From Basidiobolus meristosporus CBS 931.73 (Eukaryota > Fungi > Basidiobolomycota): DNA of 64,000 bases. Shown here piece by piece: positions 44,941 to 59,800 of the stretch. A program made the position numbers and the translations under genes. The stretch's first letter is position 1. The number at the start of each line of letters is the position of its first letter. Below the pieces are notes generated by a model that saw only the letters and a program-made list of their open reading frames with translations, was not told where the DNA came from and ran no database searches. Where the stretch lies: positions 1 through 64,000 of the forward strand of contig MCFE01000371.1 of assembly GCA_002104905.1 (NCBI GenBank), given 5' to 3'.

Positions 44941-46413
44941 ATGGCCTCTCTTCTGAAGAGCTTCTTTCACACCAGCGCCACTTCTTCCTACATAGCCCCC
45001 CTCACCCAGACCATGTCCAAAACCGCCGTTGCCCACGCCAATGACTTCCTCGAGTTCGTCAACAGCAGTCCCAGCCCCTTCCACGCGGTTGAGGAGAGCA
45101 GGAAGCGACTCGAGAAGGTCGGCTTCGTGGAGATCAAAGAGCGGGACAGTTGGTCCGAGCTAGTCAAGCCCAACGGCAAGTACTACTTCACCAGAAACAA
45201 GTCCTCCATCATAGCGTTCGCCGTGGGCGGCAAGTTTGTCCAAGGCAACGGGGTTTCCATCGTGGCCGCCCACACCGACAGCCCCTGCTTGAAGATCAAG
45301 CCCATCTCGAAGAAGGAGAAATCCGGCTACCTCCAGGTCGGGGTCCAGACCTACGGCGGCGGCCTGTGGCACACTTGGTTCGACAGAGACCTGAGCATCG
45401 CCGGCAGAGTCATGGTTGAAAGCGAGGACGGAAACCACTACTCCAAGCTGGTGCGTGTTGACAAGCCTATCCTCCGGGTCCCCAACCTGGCCATTCACTT
45501 GGACCGCACCTCCGGAGACAACTTCACCTTCAACAAAGAGACCCATCTGACCCCCGTGTTGGCCACCTCCGCGAAGGCCTTGAACGAAAAGGCCCAGGAG
45601 AGCCAGAGCCAATCGTCGGAGGGGGTGGAGAAGCACCACTCCGTGCTGGTCGACCTGCTCGCCAGCGAGCTCTCCATCGCCGGGGAGAAAATCAAGGATC
45701 TCGAGTTGTGCCTATACGACACCCAGCCCTCGGCCATCGGCGGAGCCCTCGATGAGTTCATCTTCTCTCCACGACTCGACAACCTGATGATGTCCCACTG
45801 CTCGGTCAGTGCGCTCATCAATTCCCTGGAGCACGGGAGCACCCTGGTTGACGACAGCTGCATCCGTATGGTGGCGCTCTTTGACAACGAGGAGATTGGC
45901 TCGCAGTCGGCGTACGGAGCCGACTCCCACCTGCTGGAGGCCACGTTGCGCAGACTCCAAGCGGGAACCAACCCCACCGCCTTCGAGGAGTCCATCCACA
46001 AGAGCTTCTTGGTCAGCGCCGACATGGCCCACGCGGTCCACCCCAATTACCCCGAGAAGCACGAGGAGAACCACCGACCAGCCATGCACAAGGGACTCGT
46101 GATCAAGGTCAACGCCAACCAAAGGTATGCCACCACCGCCGCCACCTCCCTCGAAATCAAGGCCCTGGCCAAGAAGCATGGCATCCCCCTGCAGGAGTTC
46201 GTGGTGCGTAACGACATGGGCTGTGGATCCACCATCGGGCCCATCCTCAGCGCCAAACTGGGGATGCGCACCATCGACGTGGGGGCGCCCCAGCTGAGCA
46301 TGCACAGCATCCGCGAGATGTGCGGCACCGAGGATGTGAAGAACTCGATCCAGCTGTTCGAGGCGTTCTTCCAAGAATACGCCCACTTGGATCAGAAGAT
46401 CTTCGTCGATTAA
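44941..46413 (+). CDS. APE4: Aspartyl aminopeptidase (M18 family)
   Basis: AHTDSP, RLDN, DNEEIGS, DMAH, LSMHSIRE; intronless; in-frame ATGs at 44941 and 45013. Confidence 0.95.
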   Translation: MASLLKSFFHTSATSSYIAPLTQTMSKTAVAHANDFLEFVNSSPSPFHAVEESRKRLEKVGFVEIKERDSWSELVKPNGKYYFTRNKSSIIAFAVGGKFVQGNGVSIVAAHTDSPCLKIKPISKKEKSGYLQVGVQTYGGGLWHTWFDRDLSIAGRVMVESEDGNHYSKLVRVDKPILRVPNLAIHLDRTSGDNFTFNKETHLTPVLATSAKALNEKAQESQSQSSEGVEKHHSVLVDLLASELSIAGEKIKDLELCLYDTQPSAIGGALDEFIFSPRLDNLMMSHCSVSALINSLEHGSTLVDDSCIRMVALFDNEEIGSQSAYGADSHLLEATLRRLQAGTNPTAFEESIHKSFLVSADMAHAVHPNYPEKHEENHRPAMHKGLVIKVNANQRYATTAATSLEIKALAKKHGIPLQEFVVRNDMGCGSTIGPILSAKLGMRTIDVGAPQLSMHSIREMCGTEDVKNSIQLFEAFFQEYAHLDQKIFVD

Positions 46414-46502
46414 TTCCCCCCATCAACCAGTATACCAGCCAAATAAATCATCAGTTAATCTTTAGTGAGGGGGCTAGTCAGAAATCCCGTCCACCGTGTG
46501 GT

Positions 46503-48036
46503 TTATTGTTTAACTTTGGTGACTTGCACTGTCAGCTCGTTCACGAGCCCTGCGGTGATGCGATGGACTTGCTCCAGCACATACTGCTCGCTGACTTGGG
46601 GCTCCACGCATACCTCCAACGACCCCACCAGCGTGGTCTTCGTCGGGGACCAGAAATGAATGTTTTTGCACCCCAACACGTTGGGCAAGGAGTTGATCTA
46701 CAAGATGGGGTTAGCCAAGAGCCGGTGGTCGGCAGGCTTGGGAATCATTTACCTCCAGGATCCTCTGTTCAATCGAGGGCAACTTCTCCTTGGGTGTGGT
46801 TTGCAGCAGCAGCTTACTGGACTCTACCGCGGCTGGGAAGCTGATGTAGAACATCCCCAGTGACTCCAGAATGGTGATGGCCTGATCTAAGAACGTGGCT
46901 TGGCTCCTGGGGGAGTCGTGAGTTAGTAACGGCTGGGTAAACGTGGCTCGCAATACTCACCTGTCGGCTGCTAGCAAATCGATCAAGAGGATGGCCAGCG
47001 CAGAAACCAGTCCGATGCCATTGAAGGGGTTGCTAAGCAGCTGTTGGGCAGACGACGAACGTCCTCTCTCTAGATGCGGTGGCTCAGATGATGTCAAGGG
47101 GATGGAGTTGAAATGGATGGGTGGTACCTGGATGAGCCAGCTTGGAGGCGGCCATAATCAAGATTGCTGCGGGAATCAGTAGGTATTTGGAGTACGAGAT
47201 GCCGTGGCCATGGTGGCCCTCGCTTACTAGCATGTGCTCGAATCCCTCTTTGATCGAGTACATCCCAGCGAAGATCAGGAAGATGCTGTTGGACAGGCCA
47301 AGCAGGGTGACAACTCTATTCAAACTGCATGGTTCGGTCAGTAAGATGGCAATCTCCTCTCAAGGACGCATCCACTCACCCATAAGGATATCCAGGGTTC
47401 TGAAGGTAGGCAAGGGTGCGGTGGTTGGTGAATAACAGAGAGGTGAACCTTGTCAGCACGTTGAAACTGTCGAATAGAACAAAGTAGGAGAACCCAATGA
47501 CCGACAGATTTTCAGTGGCATGTCCGTAGACCCAAATGGCCAAACCGAAGGTGCCGATTGCTGCGCTTTGCGACAAAACACTTTTCTGGTCTGGATCAAG
47601 GTTCTTCATGATTTTACTGACACATATCTTATGATTGTTACCGTGTCCGTGCCCATGCTCGTGGTGGTGGTGATGATGATCGTGGTTATGGTTATGATGG
47701 TGTTGGTCTTGGGGATGATGCTGAGGATGGTCATGGTGTTGAGAGGAGCAATGGCCGTGGTCGTGGTGATGACTGTGGCCCTGGGAGTCCATGTCAAAAG
47801 AGGCTCTTTCCCTTGCATGTGACCGTAGGTGCGGGAGTCTGGTATCCTGCGTAGGTATATGGTACTGGTCTTGAGTTAGTGGCTGTGAAAAGGTGTGAGA
47901 GACCGGTCTCAAATGGTCGGTTGACTGAGGGTGAGAGTGGGGTGGGGATGAGGATGAGGATGAGCGTGTGGATCTGCTTGATAGGGTTGAGCTGGAAAGC
48001 CCTCCTGAGCATACACCTCTTGTTCGGAGTAGCCAT
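46503..48036 (-). CDS. ZRG17: CDF zinc transporter, Zrg17/ZnT6-like, His-rich N-terminus, multi-exon
   Basis: FSYFVLFDS, YPYG, IFLIFAGMYSIKEGFEH, C-terminal ELTVQVTK; start uncertain (48036 or 47792). Confidence 0.75.
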
Positions 48037-48690
48037 ATCTTGGCCTTTGAAGAAGCAAAGTCAATTTCGAACTTTACGGTGATCTAGAAGATGTGACCTT
48101 ACCACTGGTTTCCTGTATGACTCGACATTACTTTCCTAACTACCAAAGAAAGGAACCCCGCCTGGATTTAACTAGACTTCAAATTTGTGAGGCCCGATTC
48201 TCATTGGAGCAATGTATCCACTCGTACATGTGTGCCACTCAGCCCATTCCATTGGTGGTAATTCCCAGCAATTTCTCCCAAACAATCTACTGATGGTGCC
48301 TTGTGTCTGAAAGGAGCGAGTGGCAAGCGTCCCCAAGACAGCACACCGAGCTTGAGCTCGAGGTAGAGAGAGCACAGTGGGCAAAGGAGAGGGCACAGTG
48401 AGCCCAAGGCAGAGTGCTGCAGCTCGCCCAAACCTTTATCTCCGGTTAGGCTTAATGAAATAGTCTTAATGTGGCGGCGCAATCCCCATATTTGGTGGAC
48501 TTCGCGTTCTTTTCAGATTCGCACCTGGACAGCCAATATAGCAATATACATTGGTTAGGTTAGATTAAGTAATAAATCGAGCACTCAATTAGCCATTTTT
48601 TATGCCACTCTTTATTTCGCACAATACCGAGTTTTCTCATTTATACCCGCGCTGTCAGTTCCCGGCCAACCTTCGTTTCTTTCCTCCACT

Positions 48691-49048
48691 ATGAAATTGG
48701 CTTTCTGTCCCCCAGCTTGCGCCATCTGCTGCAGCATACTCAGCGTGATCGGCATCATCTTCTTGGTAGGTTGACGTGCATCTGCTTTGAGGCTTGACTA
48801 ACAGCGTACACAGGGCATCCTTGGACTCCTTTTCAAAATCGAAGTCCACGAGCTTGTTGAGGGCGAAAAAGCTCCCGATGACCCACAAGCAGTTGCCAAG
48901 GGCTGCTTCGTCGCCGCCGGAATATATGTCGCGTTCCTGGCCTTGTCCCTCTGTCAGGTAAGCAGCAGGGCACGCTCCACGTTTGGGTCACACTCTCTAA
49001 CACTTGCTTTCCAAGACCTGGCTTCATAGGAAACAACATAGAGACTAA
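48691..49048 (+). CDS. RNASEK: V-ATPase V0 subunit f / RNASEK homolog, 83 aa, three exons (48691-48765, 48814-48957, 49016-49048)
   Basis: Spliced MKLAFCPPACAICCSILSVIGIIFLGILGLLFKIEVHELVEGEKAPDDPQAVAKGCFVAAGIYVAFLALSLCQTWLHRKQHRD; CC-x2-LS-x2-G, HE, P-x-D-x2-AVA and two TM helices as in yeast YPR170W-B. Confidence 0.88.
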
Positions 49049-49568
49049 TTTTGTCACTCCTCATTTTAATATAAGCAACCTACGATCAATACCATCTTTA
49101 CTCATTAATAAAACCTCGAATTGGGACATTATTGCCACATAGGTTGCTGGTGGAACTGCTTCGCATACCATGAAACTACGTAAATTGCCCACCAGAGCGC
49201 TATTTATTGAAGATTGGATCTCTTGGCAAGGGGCACCAGGAGCTGGAATTGATGATGAATCCAAACACTGTGTGATGCAGCATGTGAAAGTCCACCACAA
49301 ACTGGGCCAAAAAGAATCATCGCATTTGGGTTGGTGCGCGCTTGTGCACCTCCAGCATTTGCGGAGAATGGGCTGCGCTCACTCCGTAGAGTTTTGGGAA
49401 ATGAGCTTATTTTCAATGAGATTTGTGTTTCCCAATATCACGAATGTGGCACAAATGAGCAGCTTCCCAATTGAACGCAGGATGGGTGAATCATTGGTGG
49501 ATGCTGATAATCTCCTAGAATAAAACTCCCAGGTGCTGGCCGGCCAGCTTCTCATCTCCCCTCCTGCC

Positions 49569-50961
49569 ATGTCTCCATCACCGCCTTCCACGATGGCCGC
49601 CTCCTCGTTTACCATGGACGAGGTGCGAAGCCGCGTGAAGAATGGCGAAATCCTCATCGTCTGCGACCAGCGCATCTACAAGCTGAATAAGTGGATCAAG
49701 CACCACCCAGGCGGGGAGCTTGCTGTGCGACACATGCTGGGCAGAGATGCAACTGACGTGGTCCGAGCCATGCACCCAGAGTGGGTGCTGACCAAAACGA
49801 TGAAGCATTTCTATGTTGGCGACCTGGCGCAGGATTCTCTGGCCACCGTCCATCCCAACCCCGAGCTGAAGGAGCAGCAGCATATTTCCGATGCCTACAA
49901 GCGACTGGAAGCCAAGATCCGCGCCCTAGGGCTGTACGAGACGAACTACACGTGCTACGCCTGGGAAGCTGGCCGCTGTTCGATAGCTTTTGCGCTTATG
50001 CTGGGCCTGATCCTCTGGGGACCCCAAACCACCTGGAGCTATGTCATCGCCGCACTCGCCAACGCTTTCGTCTGGCACCAAAGCGCCTTCTGTGCCCATG
50101 ATGCAGGCCACAACGAGATCACGCAGAACATGACCTACGACAGCATCATCGGGATCCTCCTGGGTAACTATCTGGCCGGCCTGTCCATCGGATGGTGGAA
50201 GAAGAGCCACAACGTCCACCACATCATCACCAACCACCCCGAGCACGACCCCGACATCCAGCACTTGCCGTTCTTTGCAGTCACCACAAAGTTCTTCAAC
50301 AACCTCTTCTCCAGCTACCACAACAAAGTCCTGGTCTTCGACCGCCCCTCGAGATTCTTCGTCTCCCTTCAGCATTACCTGTACTACCCCATCCTCTGCT
50401 TCGGCCGGTTCAACCTGTACGTCCAAGGGTTGATTTTCCTGGCGACCGATGACCACGCTCCCCTTAGGAAGTGGGAGTTCCTGGGGATGGCGTTCTTCTT
50501 CACCTGGTACTCCTACCTCATGTCCTTCATCCCTACCTGGGGGCTGGTCTTTCATGTACATCATGATTTCCCACGTATTCACCATGATGCTTCACGTCCA
50601 AATCACCCTGTCGCACTTCGGTATGTCCACCGACGACCACGGCCTCGACGAATGCTTCGCCTCCCGGCAGCTGCGCACCACCATGGACGTGGACTGCCCA
50701 GCCTGGTTCGACTGGTTCCACGGCGGCCTACAGTTCCAGGCCATCCACCACCTCTTCCCACGCGTCCCCCGACACAACCTACGCACCGCGCGGCCCCTCG
50801 TCGAGGAGTTCTGCCAAGAGGTCGGGCTGGAGTACCACAACTACGGCTTCGTCAAGGGGAACGGGATCGTGATCGGGGCGATGCGGGATGTTGCCAACCA
50901 AGTGGGCTTCATCATGAAGGTCGCTGCCCACGAAGCGCATCAGCATCTCCACGTAGAGTAG
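49569..50961 (+). CDS. SLD1: Delta-8 sphingolipid desaturase with cytochrome b5 domain (one apparent +1 frameshift at 50550-50552)
   Basis: HPGG, HDAGH, HNVHH, then LHVQITLSHF and QAIHHLFP in the second frame. Confidence 0.92.
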
Positions 50962-51030
50962 AGGGCGGTTTTTGATGTAAAATTCTGTAGATTAGCTATA
51001 TCCTGAGCGCACATCCGTGTGGCTAATTCC

Positions 51031-51130
51031 AACTCCATTTAATCACCGCAAACTCCATTTAATCACAAATAAACTCCATTTAATCACCGGCCAACTCCAT
51101 TTAATCACAAATAAACTCTATTCAATCACC
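51031..51130. repeat. Five copies of AACTCCATTTAATCAC at about 20-bp period
   Basis: Direct reading; short variable linkers; last copy degenerate. Confidence 0.9.
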
Positions 51131-51391
51131 AACAGACTCCATCGCAGACAAGCTAACCTATCCTATGATCACGACTGATCCCACTTCTGCGCCGACATCA
51201 CCATCCCCATCGTTTCACACAATCACCCATCATGGGATCGGGTAATATCACCTGAAAATCCGTGGCCCTTTCCTTTGTACCAGTCTTTTCCAGTCCGGGT
51301 GCAACCACTTTTTGTTTCTCCTTCAACCTCTTTTGCGTGCACGAGTCTCCTTCTTCCCAGTTACTTGCTCGAGATTACCTAACCGGGCGTC

Positions 51392-53688
<2,297 letters not shown>

Positions 53689-53699
53689 CTTTAACCACC

Positions 53700-54560
53700 C
53701 CATGTAACCTTCCCTAAACACCACCACCACCACCACCACCACCTTCACCCCCCCACCCTTTATCCCTGCTCATATTCATCTTCTTATCTATCACTTCATT
53801 ATCCTTACCTTGCCTTCTCTTCCCACCCCCACTTCTCCCCTATCACCATACCCACTTCACCCCACTCCCATAATTGGCGTCTTAACCAGATGTCCCTTGC
53901 CATCACCACCACCACCACCACCACCGCCGCCATCGCTGTTATCATCGCTACCGTTATCCACCCAGTCCACTTTTTCTCGCCCCTGTGCCCGGCGTGGTCA
54001 TAGAATCTCCCAGCCCACCCATGGATTAGATGGGAGGGGAGGGGAGGGGAGTGGTATGGATCCGGAGAGCATCCATTCCGGTGGATGGTGGGGATGGCTC
54101 GTCCCCCGAACCGTTGCGTGAGGGCGCGGAGGAGGAGACCCCGGTCGTGTCGGGACTGTTTCCGGTGAGCGCCCTTGAACATCACCGGGATCCATCCCCT
54201 TCTCTCCCTTCCCCCCCTCCTCCTCCTACTCCTCCGCTTCCCTCTCTTCCCCTCTTCTCCAGCTTATCTGTACCAAACCATTTCAATAAACCCATGTTTC
54301 GTCCTGCTTCGTCCCCCGCCTCGCTTCCCTCCTGCATCTGCTTCCTGGAGCATGATCCTGTCCACCAGATGTCCCCACCCTGGGATCCGCGTGACATTCC
54401 GCATCGCTGGCTTGAACGCCCTCCTGCACTACCATGGATTGGGCCACTTTGTGCTCGCGTCCACTCATTCCCCACCCTCCAATACCCCGCGTCACGCCAT
54501 CCAAGACAGTTACACCCCGCCAAGGGAGTTTGGGGGGGAGGTTCGGCGAGGGGATCGATT
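53700..54560. repeat. Low-complexity region: (CAC)n, polypyrimidine and G/C tracts
   Basis: CACCACCAC runs near 53720 and 53905; GGGAGGGGAGGGGAGGGG at 54032-54049; C-rich 54195-54260. Confidence 0.8.
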
Positions 54561-54849
54561 GTGGTGGCCGCGTTGGGGAACCATTGAGGACTGAGCGATG
54601 CCATCGCAGTGGAGGTAGGTCTAGCAGAGTTAGGTACAGGGTACGCAGTTCACTCCGTCTCATCCCACTCAATAAATCCACCCGCGATCTCTGCCAGCCC
54701 CCCTATTACTGATGGTCAGGCCTTGTGAGTGGCTTGGCTTGGGGTAGATCCGTACCTAAGCACCGGTCCCCCGGGAATTGTTGGGGATTCTGCTAGATTT
54801 CCCAGGCCAAAATCGGTCCACGTTATGATGGCCCACAACACGCTGGCCC

Positions 54850-56511
54850 CTGTTCACCTTCACCAATTGGTGTTTGTCTCCACTGCTTCGCATAGCAATG
54901 CACTTCTCAGCAATCTGACTGCATCCCAACCACCCTGTGATGGATTGCTGGATACTCTCGACCATGGTTGGTGCACAGTCTGGTCACATGGGGCTACAGA
55001 TTGGATGGATCGGTCAACTTTTCAGGTGTAAATTTCTCTGTGGTTGGAAACCTGACTGCTGCCATATCTGGCATGAGCACCACCCAGGTGCAGTACTGTT
55101 GGGATGTATGATGACCACCTGTCCTTGCAAAGGCTGGAATCTCTGATATCAAAACAGCCAACATCAAGATATATTGGTGGTGCTGGATGGCTTGCAGGCA
55201 TGGATATCCACAATCCATCCCCTATGAAAAATGACCTGGTCCTTCAGGTGGAACCAATCCAGATCAGCTGTCAGGATCCCACAAAGAGGTCATCATAATG
55301 TCAGCAGCTTGGAATTATTGACCCTCTTCACCATCTTATGGAGGGATTGTAATGGTGTTTTGCCATTTTGAGTGCCAAATCAAGTAATATACTTCATGGT
55401 GCTTTAACAGTCCCTTTGGTGGGACTTGCATGGCATTCTGATGGTCTTAGGATGGTCAACATTTACTCAAGTGGACCTAACCAGTCAATGTATGTAAATG
55501 CCTTACATGGAAAAAAACTTGACATTGTTTTGACAGTCTTGAGGTGGATCTCTGTTGGCATTACCACAGCAGTATGGTGGCCTACAGCTAGTCCTGTATA
55601 ATGCCACCATACCAATTTACCAAATGGTATCTCAATTTTCTACCTCCCCTTGCACCATTCACATATTCCACTGTAGAATCACCCCACCTTGTTTGCTTAC
55701 CCACTACCACCTTGGGTATTCCACTTACAGTTTCAATCAAAAGAAAAACATGGCCTCCTGCCTACTAACCCCTACATTTGTGCACACCTGCTGCAGTTGA
55801 CATGCTTTTATCACCTCAACTTCACAGCTTTTCAGTGAGATACTTGCAAAGTGACCATATTGCTTGTATTGCTGGTAGCATATACACCTTGCAAACATAT
55901 TCTGGATTGCCACCACATTTGCCATGAATACCTCATAAATCTCCTTGATGTACTTGTTGGTACTTTGCCAATATATTCCTTCTCCTGCTAGATTCTGGTC
56001 CCCATCATAGATGCACTCTGGTTCTTGTTTGTGTGAATTCCATATTGAAAGGTGTCAAAAATGGCTTGTACCCAGTATAAACCTGGCATACTTTGGTAAA
56101 CTCATCCTTATAAAAATCAGCTGCTTGTTGTATGCAACCCAACATTGCATTACTTGATTGATCACCCATGCATTGGGGCTGCTTAGCTTCTTATTGCCAA
56201 AGGCATAAAGTATCCATGGGCACATGTGTGCTCAGGTTCTCCCAACTCTTCTTAGCTGTCCTCAATGTGCCAACTCATCACATCCATGATGGACCTCAGG
56301 GTAATATTCTTCATGAGATTGGGATATGGTAGTACTTGCAACTTGACTTGTCTTACTATCCCCTTAGACATCTGCTCTTCAGGAAACTCCAAAGGGTGAA
56401 GAGAGCTTGGATATTCTCTACTCCCCATGCAAGATGGGGTGGAGGATGAACTCAGTAGCAGCAGAGATCTATATTTTACAGTGTTATGCTTGTGGTATAG
56501 CCACTCAAATC
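54850..56511. other. Unclassified CpG-depleted decayed repeat DNA
   Basis: Near absence of CpG, excess TG/CA, no intact recognisable ORF. Confidence 0.5.
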
Positions 56512-56871
56512 TGTTGTAAGAGTCTTGGAGATATTGGAAGTGATTGGGAGAACAAGTAGATTATGTGGTTTTCACTTAATGATTTATTGAATGTAAAAGT
56601 GGTATTTATACTTTTACCCGATCTTGGCATTACAAACACGTAGAATAGGCTAAGGAAGGTCCCAAGAACATGTGTGCAAAGTTTGGGGCTGTTTGGACAA
56701 CTTTGAGAATTTTCATGTTCAGGGTACCAGGTATTTTGGTGAAAATATTCCAAGTGAATCCCAACAAGGAATTTGGTCAGTATTCTCTAGGATTTAAAGG
56801 TAATGATCTAAGTGACTAAGTTAGGTGAATACTTAGGTGGAAATACAAATTTTTACAACACTCCCACTCAG

Positions 56872-59800
56872 CTAAATGTTCATACTGACTAGTCCTAATT
56901 TTGACCTAAGATATTCAAACTTGTCTCTAGCTAATGGTTTGGTAAATATGTCTGCAATCATTTCATCTGTAGGACAGTAAACTAAGCTAACTAAGTTATT
57001 CTCTATAGCTTCACGTATGAAATGATGTCTAATATCTATGTGCTTGGTTCTAGCATGAAAAGTTGGATTTCTACCTAATTGTATACATCCTTGATTATCT
57101 TGAAATAAGGTAATAGGAGTTTTTTGACATAGGCCTAAATCTGTAAACAGCTTTTCTAACCACATTGCTTCTTTTGTTGCTTCACAGGCTGCCATATACT
57201 CTGCCTCTGTGGTGGAAAGTGCTACAGTTGGTTGCTTTCTTGAATTCCATGAAATTGCTCCTTTACAGTAAAGAAAGGTGTATCCTGTGGTGGATCTTCT
57301 GTCTTCTACACTTTGTCCCCAATCTGCATCAGAGTATCCCACAAGATCTTGTTCTGAGTCCTTATAAGTGTATCTTAAGCAAATATCAGCAGTTCCTTTT
57401 AGGTATCTAAAAATCCGCTTAACCGCTGCAATATGATCAGATCCATAGTTCTGATTATGTTGGCTGACAACTCCCACTGAATATGAGATATCTGGACGTG
57501 TTCCAAGCATGATATACATCAGACTGCCAACCATAGATTGATAAGGAAAGTCAGGGCTTTCAGATGGCACCAAGCTCTCTTGATTTGCTTGGGTTTTGAC
57601 CAAGTTAAAGTTTGTCTCCATTGGGGTAGCTGCCGGTTTACAGTCTTCCATTTTGTACTTCTTTAGTATATCTTGAATATACTTGGATTGGCTTAGGGTA
57701 ATAGTCTGGGTACTTCTGTCTATGGAGAACTTAATCCCTAAGTAGTAACTAAGTTCTCCTAAATCAGACATCTTGAACTCCTTAGATAGGCTGGATTTTG
57801 TCTCTTCCAATGTTTCTAGGTTATTAGCGGCTATAATAAGATCATCCACATATAGAGCTAATAGAACTGGATTTGCTCTATCTGGCTTATAGTATATACT
57901 ATAGTCAGCATTACTTCTTTTGAAACTCAAAGATTCCAAACAAGAATCTATCTTGCAATTCTAGGCTCTTGGTGATTGTTTGAGACCATATAGTGACTTT
58001 TTAAGCTTGCAGACCAAGTGGGGGTTATCTTGGTCAATAAACCCATCAGGCTGGTCCATATACATGTCCTTATCAAGTTCTCTATTCAAAAATGCAGTTT
58101 TTACATCCATTTGATGAATAAAAAACTTATATTTTGCTGCAATAGCCAAAATTAATCTGATGGACTTAAACTTGGCTACCGGTGCAAAGGTCTCAGTATA
58201 GTCAAGTCCTTTTGTTTGAGAGTATCCTTTGGCTACAAGTCTTGCTTTGTATTTCTCAATTGTACCATCAGCCTTGTATTTTGTCTTGAAGACCCATCTG
58301 CATCCAATTGATTTTTGGTTGATTGGTAATTTGACTAAGTCCCAAGTCTGATATTCCATCAGGGCCTGATATTCCTCAGTCATTGCAGATCTCCAAAGCT
58401 TTGTCTGAGGGCTATTTAGGGCCTCTTTTACAGTCTGGGGTTCATCAATATGAACTGAATAGGCATAGGCTAAGTTTGTACCCTCATTGATATAGTAATT
58501 TGGGCTATTTCTTGTCCAATTGGATCTCCGGGCATTTGATACTGGAATGATCACTTCTGGGATATTCCTGGGCACTAATTCTGGCTGAACCACGGCTGTA
58601 GAGTCCTCTGGAGTGAAAAAATTATCATTGTTTTGCTCTGATTCAATCCTGACAATTGGTGGACTTGAGATCAAATTTTTGTCATCATCTGATGTCATTT
58701 TTTGTGAAAATTTTGAATTTTCATCAAACAACACATCCCTGGACTTGATAAGCTTCTTTGCTTTGGTATTGTAGAGTCTGTATGCCTTACTCTCATTGCA
58801 GTAGCGCAAAAATATGCATTTTACACTTTTTGGCTTAAATTTTGACTGATTTCTGGCCAGTTTTTTGGCATATGCTGTACACCCAAATATTATTAGATGT
58901 TCTGCACTTGGTCTGTATCCATACCATGCTTCAGATGGAGTAGAATCACAAAGTATTCTGTTATAACTCCTATTTTTAAGATATACAGCAGTGGCAACTG
59001 ATTCCGCCCACAAATCATAGGATAATTTTTGATCATGGATCATAGATCTTGCCATATCAATTATTGATCTGTTAGCTTGTTCTGCTACTCCATTTTGCTG
59101 TGGGGAGTATGGTACAGTAGTCTCTTGCTTTATCCCATGAATTTTGCAGAAGTGGATGAAGAGTTTTGAGGTATATTCTCCACCATTGTCAGAGCGTATT
59201 TTCTTGATTTTTTCACCAGTGTCTCTCTCCACCATGGCTTTAAAATTCCTGAACTTAGACAGAGCTTCTTCCTTTCTCTCCATGAAGTAGACCCATGTGT
59301 ATCTTGTATAATCATCAATAAAAGTGATTAAATACTTCATCCCGCCTAAGGATAAATTTTGCATAGGTCCACACAGATCTGAGTGAATTAGATCTAATTT
59401 TTTCTTAGTTTTGATTAACCCAGAGCTCTTGAACGGTTGTCTGGCTTTTTTCCCATATATGCAAGCTTCACAGTGCTCCAAATTAGCTTGGGGATCAATT
59501 TTCACTCCAGAAATTAGCTGATCTTTGATCATTTTACGCAAATAATCAAAATAGATGTGTCCAAATCTCCTGTGCCAAAGCATTGGTGTTCCTTCATTTA
59601 AGTTACTTATATTGGCCTCCAAATATGATGGAATGTAAGTGATCTTGTATAGATTCTGATCTCTGATGCCCAAAGCAATATGGGCACCATTTTGATCAGT
59701 GATCCTGCATCCAGAATTGTCAAAACCAAACTGAGTCCTTCTGCTGTGGCCTTGCTTACAGAGAGTAGGTTCTTGGCTATTTCTGGTACATAGAGTACTT

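Noticed and set aside
41292-46386. Many long alternative-frame and antisense ORFs over the chitin synthase and Ape4 genes
   Set aside because: Expected in GC-rich coding DNA with high GC3; no motifs
51031-51130. CRISPR-like repeat-spacer reading of the 16-mer array
   Set aside because: Linkers are only 4-5 bp and recur, there are no cas genes, and the genome is eukaryotic
53805-54712. Overlapping ORFs of 92-185 aa downstream of Cla4
   Set aside because: Produced by low-complexity C/G-rich sequence poor in stop codons; no coherent protein features
54850-56511. Possible Helitron or DIRS coding relic
   Set aside because: Translations gave no diagnostic motif; left unclassified pending a profile search
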